Shown here in pieces: positions 38,048-46,980 of a stretch of 64,000 nt of DNA (positions are counted from its first letter, which is position 1; every line of letters begins with the position of its first letter). The DNA is from an uncultured bacterium. GTDB taxonomy: Bacteria > Muiribacteriota > UBA6191. The notes under the pieces are model-generated. The model was not told the DNA's origin and did not search any database. It saw only the letters and a program-made list of their open reading frames with translations. The position numbers and the translations under genes were made by a program. Location of the stretch: positions 223,478 to 287,477 of the forward strand of contig CAZIKF010000001.1 of NCBI GenBank assembly GCA_964539825.1, read 5' to 3'.

Positions 38048-38785
38048 TCAGGCTTCCATGCCCTGAAGCATCCCGCTCGATTCGCGAGATTCGTCCACCG
38101 GTAATTCCACGACAAATTCACAGCCTGGCGCCCAGTTTTCATTGAGCAGAATCCGGCCTCCATGGGCAAGGGCAATGCGAGAACAAATGGAGAGCCCCAG
38201 CCCTATACCTTCAGTCTTCCCGGTAACAAAAGCATCAAAAATTCGGGCTCTTAAATCTGCGGGAACTCCAGGGCCGTTATCCCGAATTCGAACCACATGA
38301 CTCCCATGGTTCTCCGCTGAATTCAAGACTATTTCCACCTTCCCACTCTCGTCAATCGCCTGGGCGGCATTGATCACCAGGTTTTCAATCATCCGCTCCA
38401 GCTGCAGACTATTCCCCACCACCATCGCGGCCCCATTCATGGTCAGGCCGATCTGCAAACCCTGTAGGTCCGGCTTGGCACGCAAGGCTCGGACTACTGA
38501 GGAAAGAACCCGATTTAATGAAATCTGGGTAGGCTCTACGGAGCAATCTCTAGAACAAAATAGAATGTCATGAATGACAGTCTCCAGCCGGTCTGTTTCA
38601 GTCTTAATGAATGAAAGCGCTCTGAGGTCTGAATCTTCAAAGACATCCCCAGAACTCTTGTCGAGCATTTCAAGACAGGTGCGGATCGTGGTTAACGGAT
38701 TTCTGAGTTCATGTGCCAGACAAGAAGCCATTTCAGCCTCTCTTGACCGTGGAACGTAAAAGATCGGATCATCCTTCGATTTCAT
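38048..38785 (-). CDS. histidine kinase core (DHp plus HATPase_c) with no sensor or TM domain
   Basis: H-box LAHELRNPLTTIRTCLEML, then N, G1 (IRDNGPGVP) and G2 (GIGLGLSI) boxes. It is only 245 aa and cytoplasmic. Confidence 0.75.
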   Translation of the reverse strand: MKSKDDPIFYVPRSREAEMASCLAHELRNPLTTIRTCLEMLDKSSGDVFEDSDLRALSFIKTETDRLETVIHDILFCSRDCSVEPTQISLNRVLSSVVRALRAKPDLQGLQIGLTMNGAAMVVGNSLQLERMIENLVINAAQAIDESGKVEIVLNSAENHGSHVVRIRDNGPGVPADLRARIFDAFVTGKTEGIGLGLSICSRIALAHGGRILLNENWAPGCEFVVELPVDESRESSGMLQGMEA

Positions 38786-40103
38786 ATTCCTTCAGCTTCC
38801 TCCAGAGGGTGTTTCGACCGATACCAAGAGCCTTTGCCGTGGTTGCCCGATTTCCTCTAAACGTTTTCAGGGTTTCCAGAATTTTAATCTTCTCCATATC
38901 ACGAAGGGTCATGATCCTGTCCAGGGTCGATTCTGACGCACGATTCTTGCGAGGTTCCCGGATGGCATCCGGTATATTTGAATCTTTGATCTGAACATCA
39001 TTGCAAAAAATTACGGCTCGTTCGACGATATTTCGTAACTCCCTCACATTACCAGGCCAGTCATACTTGATAAAATAGTCGTAAACATTCTTCGCGAATC
39101 CCTGGATGGTCTTTCCATGCTGTGTCCTGAATCCCTCAAGGAAGTATTCCATAAACACGGGAATATCTTCAATGCGATCCCGTAATGGTTCCAGATAGAG
39201 CTGCACAACATTGATTCTGTAATAGAGATCCTCTCTAAAGCTTCCCTCAAGGACCAATTGTTCCAGATCCTTATTGGTAGAACAGATAAAGCGAACGTCG
39301 AGCTCCTGTTCCTCAATCTCTCCCTGGGGACGGATGGCACGAGTCTCCAAGAGTCGCAAAATCTTGGCCTGGGCCGATGGAGGGAACGCCGATATATCAT
39401 CAAAAAAAATCGTTCCCTTGGTAGCGGAGTGTAGAATCCCTGTCTCCGACGTCCCAAAGAGTTCTGCCTCCAGGATTTGGTCCGAAAGTGCCGCGCAGTT
39501 CATCACCACGAAAGCCCCGCTTCGATGTGGATTGGCCTCATGGACTTTTCGGGCGATCAATTCCTTTCCCGTACCACTTTCGCCTGTTATCAAAAGCGTA
39601 GTAGGCAGGTCCCCCACCATTCTTACCATGTCCTTCATTTTTTTTACGGTGAAGGAACGACCCACAAGTTCGTCAAACCGGGCTGGCTCTTTCATAGGTT
39701 TACTACCTTCGGTGGTAGACCCGGTTCCTGGCTGGGATTCCAGGGCAGCATTGCATCTTTCGATAAAACTCGGAGGGGTAAACGGCTTGACGATAAAGTC
39801 CGAAGCCCCTTCTTTTAAGGCCTGCACCGCTGTCTCAATATCCCCATACCCGGACATGAGTACGACGCGGGTTTCTGGAAATTCTTTACGAATATGCTTT
39901 AGGAGCCAGATTCCATCCTTTCCGTGAAGTTTCAAATCCGTGACCACCAGATCGTAGATTCCTCTTTCAAGAAAGGAGACCCCTTCTTCCGCCGAAGTTA
40001 CTTCGGTAACTTCGCAATGGTTTTTCTCCAGAAACATTCCCAAAGAAGATCTCAAAGAATTATCATCCTCTACCAAAAGGACTTTATGTTTTGCTCCTAC
40101 CAT
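38769..40103 (-). CDS. sigma-54-dependent response regulator (NtrC family: REC, AAA+ sigma-54 activator and Fis-type HTH domains)
   Basis: The REC domain (VLLVEDD...DLVVTDLKL) is followed by GESGTGKELIARKVH and the GAFVVMNCAAL region. The C-terminal HTH is AKALGIGRNTLWRKLKEY. I placed the start at the internal Met. Confidence 0.85.
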   Translation of the reverse strand: MVGAKHKVLLVEDDNSLRSSLGMFLEKNHCEVTEVTSAEEGVSFLERGIYDLVVTDLKLHGKDGIWLLKHIRKEFPETRVVLMSGYGDIETAVQALKEGASDFIVKPFTPPSFIERCNAALESQPGTGSTTEGSKPMKEPARFDELVGRSFTVKKMKDMVRMVGDLPTTLLITGESGTGKELIARKVHEANPHRSGAFVVMNCAALSDQILEAELFGTSETGILHSATKGTIFFDDISAFPPSAQAKILRLLETRAIRPQGEIEEQELDVRFICSTNKDLEQLVLEGSFREDLYYRINVVQLYLEPLRDRIEDIPVFMEYFLEGFRTQHGKTIQGFAKNVYDYFIKYDWPGNVRELRNIVERAVIFCNDVQIKDSNIPDAIREPRKNRASESTLDRIMTLRDMEKIKILETLKTFRGNRATTAKALGIGRNTLWRKLKEYEIEG

Positions 40104-40264
40104 GACCCTGATCCCTGTTCCACAAGGGGACTCCGCGTCCCTTTTTGATGTAAATTCCATTATAGAACATTTGCCCAATGATGTCACCTGCACCGGAGTC
40201 AGGATTCAACACTGCTCTTTTACAGAAAACCGTTCCACCTCGAGGACCGTGGTATCCTAAGGCC

Positions 40265-41227
40265 ATGATGAATTTCGCTCAAATCCTGCAATCACATGAA
40301 CTCTTTATTTTAAGCTCCCATGTTGACCCCGACGGTGATGGGTTAGGGGGCTGCCTCGGTTTGCAGAAGGCTCTGCAAAATGCGGGAAAGACCGCTTACA
40401 CGGTACTTAGCACACCCTTCTCGGACCGCTATCGGTTCTTACCGGGCTCGGAATCTATTTTGTTTGAACTTCCCAGCGACCTTCCTGAGGGACAGCAGGT
40501 TGTACTGATTACGGTAGACGCCCCAAACATCGCCCGACTGGGTTTTGCGGACGGAGTCCTTGAGGAGCTTAATCCCTTCATCGTGAATCTTGATCATCAC
40601 ACTTCCAATGAGGGATTCGGTGATTTTCGTATTTTTGATGAAAAGGCGGCCGCGAGCTGTGAAGTAATTTATGAATTGCTCCGGGAATGCTCTCTCCCTC
40701 TCAGCGAAGAGATCGGGACTTCACTCTATTGTGGAATTCTCACAGATACGGGGAGATTTCGTTTTTCCAATACCAGACCCCAGACCCTGAGAGCCGCTGC
40801 CGCCCTTTTGGAAGCAGGGGCAAATCACCAATTAGTGATTCGTAAATTATTTGAAGATAAACCCTATGGAAAACTTCAATTAGAGGCTGAGGTTTTGAGC
40901 ACTATGCGAAGGGATGGTCCGCTGGCATGGGTGTACTGTACTGAAGAAATGGTCTCCAGGTGTGGATGTGATGACACAGAGGAGTTAGTCAACAGGCTCA
41001 CCGAAATAGAAGGATTGGAAATCGCTGTTTTTTTCCGCGAAGCTTCCGGGCAACGAACGAAGGTCTCCTTTCGAGCCATCAATGATGTGGATGTAAACCT
41101 CATTGCGTCCCAGTTCGGTGGTGGTGGTCACGCTAAGGCTGCTGGTGCTAAATTAGATATGGAATTGAACAGTGCGGTAGAACTGGTTCTCGCGTCCTGC
41201 AGTAAAACTCTATTTAAGAAGCCATGA
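40265..41227 (+). CDS. nrnA: DHH-family phosphoesterase (NrnA-like nanoRNase/pAp phosphatase)
   Basis: DHH motif in NLDHHTSNEGFGD and the DHHA1 GGGGH motif (FGGGGHAKAAGA). I placed the start at the internal Met. Confidence 0.7.
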   Translation: MMNFAQILQSHELFILSSHVDPDGDGLGGCLGLQKALQNAGKTAYTVLSTPFSDRYRFLPGSESILFELPSDLPEGQQVVLITVDAPNIARLGFADGVLEELNPFIVNLDHHTSNEGFGDFRIFDEKAAASCEVIYELLRECSLPLSEEIGTSLYCGILTDTGRFRFSNTRPQTLRAAAALLEAGANHQLVIRKLFEDKPYGKLQLEAEVLSTMRRDGPLAWVYCTEEMVSRCGCDDTEELVNRLTEIEGLEIAVFFREASGQRTKVSFRAINDVDVNLIASQFGGGGHAKAAGAKLDMELNSAVELVLASCSKTLFKKP

Positions 41228-41466
41228 ATTCAAAGCTTAGTCTTTACTACTTTCCCCAGTGTCCATTTTGTGCCCATGTGCTTCATGAGATTCGCAACCT
41301 TGAGATTGATGTAGCACTGAAAGATACTCGCGAAAATCCTGCCAATCGCGAGGAGCTCATTACCCTCACCGGCAAAACCCAGGTTCCGTGCCTGGTCGTG
41401 GATGGAAAGCCCATGCTTGAATCCATGGAAATCATAGCCTACCTTCGTTCAACTTTTTCTTCCTAA
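41224..41466 (+). CDS. glutaredoxin-like small thioredoxin-fold protein (CPFC active site)
   Basis: 80 aa. YYFPQCPFCAHV carries the CxxC motif, and the C-terminal GK..VP and SMEI region fits a glutaredoxin/NrdH-like fold. Confidence 0.5.
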   Translation: MNSKLSLYYFPQCPFCAHVLHEIRNLEIDVALKDTRENPANREELITLTGKTQVPCLVVDGKPMLESMEIIAYLRSTFSS

Positions 41467-41477
41467 GGGTGCAATTC

Positions 41478-42209
41478 ATGAAAACTATTCTGATAACCGG
41501 GGCGACTTCAGGAATTGGGCGATCTTGTGTTAATGAATTTCTTAAAGCTGGATATCGAGTCCTGGCCCAGGGCCGAAATCCTGAGAAACTATCCCAGCTC
41601 AAGCGCGAGGAAGATACACAGAACCTTGTTTCACTGTGTTTTGACCTGAAAAATCTGACCGAGTTGAACCAGGCAATGGAAAATCTCGAACCGGTCCATA
41701 TTCTTCTGAATAACGCAGGAATTTATGCTCGAAAACCCTGGCTGGATTGTACCGAAGCCGACTTTGATGAAATGTTTAGTAGCAATGTCCGCAGTCTCTA
41801 CTTCCTTTGTCAGAAAGTGATCGCGAACATGAAGCATTCTCATAGTGAGGGATTAATTTTAAATAATTCATCAACCCTCGGGGCAAAGCCAGTTTCAGAG
41901 ACCTCCCTTTATTCAGCTTCAAAAGCTGCCGTGATTAGCTTAACTCAATGCCTGGCTGCGGAATTCGCACCCAAGATTCGAGCCAATTGTGTCCTTCCGG
42001 GAGTCGTGCAAACACCAATACACTCCAAGAATATGGGTGAGCAGGGTGCCCAGGACTTTTACAAGGAAATCTCTAATATGCACCCGCTGGGCAGGGTAGG
42101 GACACCAGTTGAGATCGCTAAACTCTTTCTCGCTTTATCATCTAATGAATTAAGTTGGATGACAGGCAGTTGTATCACCATAGACGGAGGAATTTCACTG
42201 GTCTCCTGA
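41478..42209 (+). CDS. SDR-family oxidoreductase
   Basis: Rossmann motif ILITGATSGIGRS, NNAG, and the catalytic YSASKAA (YxxxK). Confidence 0.75.
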   Translation: MKTILITGATSGIGRSCVNEFLKAGYRVLAQGRNPEKLSQLKREEDTQNLVSLCFDLKNLTELNQAMENLEPVHILLNNAGIYARKPWLDCTEADFDEMFSSNVRSLYFLCQKVIANMKHSHSEGLILNNSSTLGAKPVSETSLYSASKAAVISLTQCLAAEFAPKIRANCVLPGVVQTPIHSKNMGEQGAQDFYKEISNMHPLGRVGTPVEIAKLFLALSSNELSWMTGSCITIDGGISLVS

Positions 42210-42219
42210 AAGTAATTCT

Positions 42220-42648
42220 ATGAGCTGTGTCTATCTCTCTCGAAAAATCTACTTTTCCTGTGCCCACCGATATCATAATCCAGAGTGGTCCGATCAGAAA
42301 AATCAGGAAATGTTTGGCCCTTGTAACAATCCTCACGGGCATGGACATAACTATGAGCTCGAGGTGACCCTATATGGCCCTGTGAATACGGATACTGGAA
42401 TGGTAATGAATCTCACCGATCTCGATGAAATTCTCAAAAAGAAGATAATGTTGCCGCTAGACCATCGACATCTTAACCACGAGGTAAGCTATTTCGAAAA
42501 AAGGATTCCTACAACTGAGCAAATCTCTCTTTTTTGCTGGAAGGAAATCTCAGAGTCTCTGAAAAAACCCATCCAATTGCATCGAGTTCGCCTCTTTGAG
42601 AATCCTGAATTATATGTGGACTATTATGGGGAAGAACTGGATACATAA
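42220..42648 (+). CDS. 6-pyruvoyl-tetrahydropterin synthase / QueD-family protein (copy 1)
   Basis: FSCAHRYHNPE...GPCNNPHGHGHNYELEVTL carries the Cys/His zinc-site motifs of the PTPS/QueD fold. Length 142 aa. Confidence 0.7.
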   Translation: MSCVYLSRKIYFSCAHRYHNPEWSDQKNQEMFGPCNNPHGHGHNYELEVTLYGPVNTDTGMVMNLTDLDEILKKKIMLPLDHRHLNHEVSYFEKRIPTTEQISLFCWKEISESLKKPIQLHRVRLFENPELYVDYYGEELDT

Positions 42649-43075
42649 AACCCATACTTTTGAGCTGCTATGCCATCATCGGCTCATTAGTAAGACCTTG
42701 ACCCATGAGCAAAACCTGGAAACCTTCGGGAAGTGCATGGGAACCCATGGACATGGGCATAATTACCGACTAAAAATTACCTTTCGTTATCCCTACTGCC
42801 CAGATAATCCACTCTTCGATCAAGATCTTTGCGCGGATATTGAAAGACTCATCATTAAACCCTTTTCACATACCAGCCTCAACGAAGTGTTTAAGGAGAT
42901 GGGAATAAGAAATCCCATCACAACCGGAGAGCAAATCATTGAAGTTTTCGCCCAGGTATTACGAGAGGATGAAGTTTGCCAATGGCTAGATTCCATGGAA
43001 CTTGTAGAAACTAGAAGAAATTCCTTTTTCTGGTATTTCCACCCTCCCGTAGAACGCATGCCGCTGAGCTCATAA
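42626..43075 (+). CDS. PTPS/QueD-family protein (copy 2, tandem paralog)
   Basis: FELLCHHRLISK...GKCMGTHGHGHNYRLKITF shows the same motif set as copy 1. It overlaps copy 1 by about 20 nt in another frame. Confidence 0.65.
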   Translation: MGKNWIHKTHTFELLCHHRLISKTLTHEQNLETFGKCMGTHGHGHNYRLKITFRYPYCPDNPLFDQDLCADIERLIIKPFSHTSLNEVFKEMGIRNPITTGEQIIEVFAQVLREDEVCQWLDSMELVETRRNSFFWYFHPPVERMPLSS

Positions 43076-43098
43076 CCTTGCACGGATCAACCACGCGC

Positions 43099-43968
43099 TT
43101 AGAAACCATGCCTATTCAGTATTCGATCGATCGACTGTACATAAGACTCACCAAAAAGGATGGCGTGAACCAGTAGGGGTATCAGGTTATAGATATCAGA
43201 GCGAACCCTAAAGAAATCCGCCTCCAGCCGGCCGGATTCACTTTGATAACGATCAAAAAATGGCTTCCCAAAGGTATTGAAGAGACAAATGAAGGACAGC
43301 TCCATCTCAGGATGGGCAAAGTAAATGGCAGGGTCCAAAAAGGCAGCGACTCTTCCCTGCCTAAACAATATATTTCCGCTCCAAACATCTCCATGGATTA
43401 ATGCTGGCTTCTCAGGCTCTTTGATAAAGTCGTTTAGCCGCTCTCCCAGTGACAGCAGTCTTTGAGTCATCCGGGCTGTAATCCTTCCATCAAGCAACGC
43501 CCTCTGAGTCACCGGTTCAAGTCGTCTCGTGCGAAAAAATTCGACCCATTTGCCGGTGGGTCGGTTATCGAGTTCGATCCCAGCCAGAATGGTGGTTGCC
43601 TGAAATCCAAATGTTTTCGAATCCAAAGCATGGAGTCGACTGAGACAATCGGCCGCATCAGATTGAGTGTTTGAAGAGGGCTGAGAGTCCGAGTCTACGA
43701 ATTCAAGGACCAAAACAGTCTCATCAACATAAAGAACCTCGGGAACAGGCAGGTGCGTGTGCTCCCTTAGATAATTCAGCATGAAAGCTTCATTCTCAAG
43801 TGTAAGCGAACTTCCAAGGGCTGGAGGAATCTTGCAAACCACACTCGAGCCCGAGGAGAGATGTAGTTGATACACCTCGCTGACGCACCCTCCATGGAGT
43901 GGGGAGCACTCCTCGATGGTGTTACCTAGTTTGCTGTGCAGAAGTTCTCGAACGGATGGGTCGATCAT
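43099..43968 (-). CDS. fructosamine-kinase-family protein kinase-like phosphotransferase
   Basis: LIHGDVWSGNILF matches the FN3K/APH-like catalytic motif. I placed the start at an internal Met; the ORF runs up to 44094. Confidence 0.7.
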   Translation of the reverse strand: MIDPSVRELLHSKLGNTIEECSPLHGGCVSEVYQLHLSSGSSVVCKIPPALGSSLTLENEAFMLNYLREHTHLPVPEVLYVDETVLVLEFVDSDSQPSSNTQSDAADCLSRLHALDSKTFGFQATTILAGIELDNRPTGKWVEFFRTRRLEPVTQRALLDGRITARMTQRLLSLGERLNDFIKEPEKPALIHGDVWSGNILFRQGRVAAFLDPAIYFAHPEMELSFICLFNTFGKPFFDRYQSESGRLEADFFRVRSDIYNLIPLLVHAILFGESYVQSIDRILNRHGF

Positions 43969-44332
43969 TTGACTTACGAGGTGGTTTCTTGGGTTTAAAT
44001 GGGGAGAGATAGCAGGTATAGCGATACAATAGATACGCACCAAACAAAACTGAAGGCCCCTTGAGGCCGTACAGAAAATGATAAGACCACTCATCGAGTG
44101 AAAATATGGTCGCCCCTACTACACCCCTTTCCTGTACGGGTGTATTCCAAATTTTCATAAATGGTTCATATACCGTAAATATGGCAGTCAGATATAGTCC
44201 TTTAAAAATATGATAAATGGTCTCGCTGCCTATCAGGAAATACCACAAGATGCCCAATATCTTATTCTTTTTTTTAGGTTCTTTCCTTTTATGATACGGC
44301 TTTGACTGATTTGAATGGGAGCGCTGCTGCAT
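43922..44332 (-). CDS. hypothetical small membrane protein (uncertain)
   Basis: 136-aa ORF with a basic N-terminus and two hydrophobic segments. It overlaps the kinase start region by about 47 nt. Confidence 0.25.
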   Translation of the reverse strand: MQQRSHSNQSKPYHKRKEPKKKNKILGILWYFLIGSETIYHIFKGLYLTAIFTVYEPFMKIWNTPVQERGVVGATIFSLDEWSYHFLYGLKGPSVLFGAYLLYRYTCYLSPFKPKKPPRKSNDRPIRSRTSAQQTR

Positions 44333-44463
44333 ATTTTCTCCTGTTTCTTGAATGGTGAGGGATCAGGATAGAGACAGGTAGATTTTTTGACAAGAACTCT
44401 CATGCTTGAATGCCTAGATTCTATGTTCTATCCTAAACCTGGAAAAGTTCCTCTCTACCATTC

Positions 44464-46569
44464 ATGATCCAACGATTCGCGATCAGCCTTCTCATTTTAT
44501 TTTTGCCATCCCAGCTCTGGTCTTTTTATTATGCTCCGCAACTCTTAAGCATACCCCCAGAGCAGCTAGAGCCCTACCGGCAAAGGCACCACCTGTCCAA
44601 ATCTTTCTCTTCCTTGTTTGAACGCGCCAGAAAAGCTTATCTTTCCCTGGATTTTGATCGCGCAGAGCAGGTATACAACACCTTGCTGCTGATCAATTCC
44701 AGAGATCTTATCGCGATGGATCGACTCTCTCAGGTGTATTTGAAACAGGCACACTATGCTAAGGCTATCGCGGTTTCCAATCGTTGTTTAGAGGTTGACC
44801 CCTTTTACGCTCCTGCGCTCCATCAGCTGTCTAAGATTCACCTCTATAAGGGAGAGTATAAAAAATCCGTTCGCTACGCAAAAGCTCTGATTGAGTCTGG
44901 CAGAGCCTACGTTGAGACCTACCTATTGCTTCTGCATTCACTTTTTTCTCTCTCCCAAACAGATAATTTAGTCGCCGTGGCAAATCTTGCCATCGAAGCT
45001 GGCGCAAATCACCCTCAGTTCAGATTTCTCCCCCTCTTTCTAAAGACTCTTAAAGGAGACAAGAAAAGAGCTATCAAGATAATGAAACCATTTTTTCAGG
45101 ACTTTCGAGAGGACCCAGACCTGGTTCTTTACCAATACATCCTGGCGAAATACCATGGTGATTCCCCTAAGGCGAGAGAAGCCCTGGAAACCATCTCCAA
45201 GCGCTCCTTTCCAGATTCAGTTAGCGCGTACTTGTTTCTCTCACTGGCTATGAAAGAGATTGGACAGGTTACCAAACAACCCTTACTCCTAACTGATGCT
45301 GTGGAACTTTGTAAACTAGCTTTAAAAGATGCCCCAAAATTTCTTCTCCCCTACCGTATCGCTCTTGAAATTCTACAGCACAATCAGAACCATCTGGCCA
45401 TTCTCCAACTCACGGCAAGGGGCCTGGTAGCGGCCCCCTATTTTCGCTTTCTCCTGGAGAGACAGGGTGAAGCTGCCTTCTTTGCCGGAAAGCCCGAAAT
45501 TTCAAAGAAGGCTTTAAAAATTGCTGTCGAACAGGAATCAAGGGATCCTGATCTTCTGGGGTATCTAGGAATCCTACTGGCCCAGAATAAGGATGAGATG
45601 GAGGATGGATTAAGAACGGCGGATATAGCGCTTAGCCTGGATCCAGGAAACGCCTATGCCCAAACTGCCCTGGGCATCTATTACTTGAACAGGGGAGAAC
45701 CCTTAAGAGCCAAAATCCCTTTCCAGCAGGCGATCAGAAAGCCTCTTCCCATCCCCTTACCCTATGAATTCCTGATTAAAATTCTAAGGGGCGCAGGAGA
45801 ATGGCGCTCCGCTTTTAAGATAGCCAAGGAAGCACGACTTCTCCATAAGACTGAGTCTTTACAGGTCCATGCTGTTGAAATTGCCTCTCATCTCAAGCAG
45901 CACCCAGAATGTGTGAGTTTTGGCAAGGAAGCCTTAAGACAGTTTCCCAATAACCCCCTCTTTCCCCTTCTAATCGCAAAATCTCTCAGAGCCATGGGGA
46001 AATATAACGAAGCCCTGCGAGCTTTAGATGTTCTCAAACCAGGACCAGGCTCGGGCCAGGAGATCAACTTGCTATATCTACAGCTTCTACTTGATAGAAA
46101 GCTCTATTTTGAGGCCAATGAAAAACTGAAAGTGCTCCTATCCGTAGAGCCTCGAAACGTTTCTTACAAAGCCTTTCAGGCACAGTATCACTATGACCGG
46201 GGCGAATACCGCAAAGCACTACCCGGCTATGAGAACCTATTGAAGTTAACGGGAAGCAAGAGTTGGCTAACCCATATTGGCTGGATCAAGTTTCTGCTCA
46301 TGCAAAGAAAAGGGGCCATTAAGGATCTGAAAACGGCCTCAATCCAGGGCGATAAGGAAAACCGAGCGCTGGCCGCTTATAGACTGGGCCTGATTTATTC
46401 ATTAGCCACCAACCAAAGAAGAGAGTCTAGCGGATCCTATACCCGCGCCTTCGAGCTAATCCCCAGGCTAAAAGAAGCCCATGAAGACCACCTGCTAGTC
46501 CTGGAGCTGAGAAGAACATCCAAAGACAAAAACATCATAAGAAAGAATCTTGAGTTGTATTTAGAATAG
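44464..46569 (+). CDS. TPR-repeat protein with a signal peptide
   Basis: 701 aa with a signal peptide and many TPR-like repeats. Confidence 0.6.
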   Translation: MIQRFAISLLILFLPSQLWSFYYAPQLLSIPPEQLEPYRQRHHLSKSFSSLFERARKAYLSLDFDRAEQVYNTLLLINSRDLIAMDRLSQVYLKQAHYAKAIAVSNRCLEVDPFYAPALHQLSKIHLYKGEYKKSVRYAKALIESGRAYVETYLLLLHSLFSLSQTDNLVAVANLAIEAGANHPQFRFLPLFLKTLKGDKKRAIKIMKPFFQDFREDPDLVLYQYILAKYHGDSPKAREALETISKRSFPDSVSAYLFLSLAMKEIGQVTKQPLLLTDAVELCKLALKDAPKFLLPYRIALEILQHNQNHLAILQLTARGLVAAPYFRFLLERQGEAAFFAGKPEISKKALKIAVEQESRDPDLLGYLGILLAQNKDEMEDGLRTADIALSLDPGNAYAQTALGIYYLNRGEPLRAKIPFQQAIRKPLPIPLPYEFLIKILRGAGEWRSAFKIAKEARLLHKTESLQVHAVEIASHLKQHPECVSFGKEALRQFPNNPLFPLLIAKSLRAMGKYNEALRALDVLKPGPGSGQEINLLYLQLLLDRKLYFEANEKLKVLLSVEPRNVSYKAFQAQYHYDRGEYRKALPGYENLLKLTGSKSWLTHIGWIKFLLMQRKGAIKDLKTASIQGDKENRALAAYRLGLIYSLATNQRRESSGSYTRAFELIPRLKEAHEDHLLVLELRRTSKDKNIIRKNLELYLE

Positions 46570-46633
46570 GAAGGCTGTGTCGTTCAGGAAGCAAGGGAAG
46601 CACAGGAATCAGAGGAAAAAAAGGAATGAAGTA

Positions 46634-46667
46634 TGCACCCGCCATTTAGGCGTGGGTGCATATTTTA
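46634..46667 (+). terminator. putative Rho-independent terminator of the upstream TPR gene
   Basis: The stem TGCACCCGCC/GCGTGGGTGCA has the loop ATTTAG and is followed by TATTTTA. It lies 65 nt after the stop codon. Confidence 0.5.
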
Positions 46668-46980
46668 CTGTGCCAAAAATTAGAGTCTTCCGAGAAGTAG
46701 CCCTATCTTGCGGTTCCACCATTCAAAGGTGACGCAGCCACCTCCTCTGAATGAACCACAACCTAGGACCACTTCTCGAAACCCAGTGGCATATATTTTT
46801 CGATAAAAAATTCCCATTATTAGTGAGTCGAGGGCCGAGGTGTGGGTTTTGTAGAGTTTTCAGGGGCGAGCATGGTAGTGGCTCGTGACGAAGATCGTAG
46901 CAGGGCTACGTTCGAGGAGGGAGCCGCTAGCAGGCGAAGGCCATGGACTCTCTACAAAGCCCTAAGCCTCGGTTCTCGGC

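Noticed and set aside
43922-44094. Overlap between the fructosamine-kinase-like ORF N-terminus and the 136-aa ORF
   Set aside because: The kinase's conserved region starts at the internal Met (43968), so the long N-terminal extension in the ORF track is probably not translated. This resolves most of the overlap. I kept the 136-aa ORF only at low confidence.
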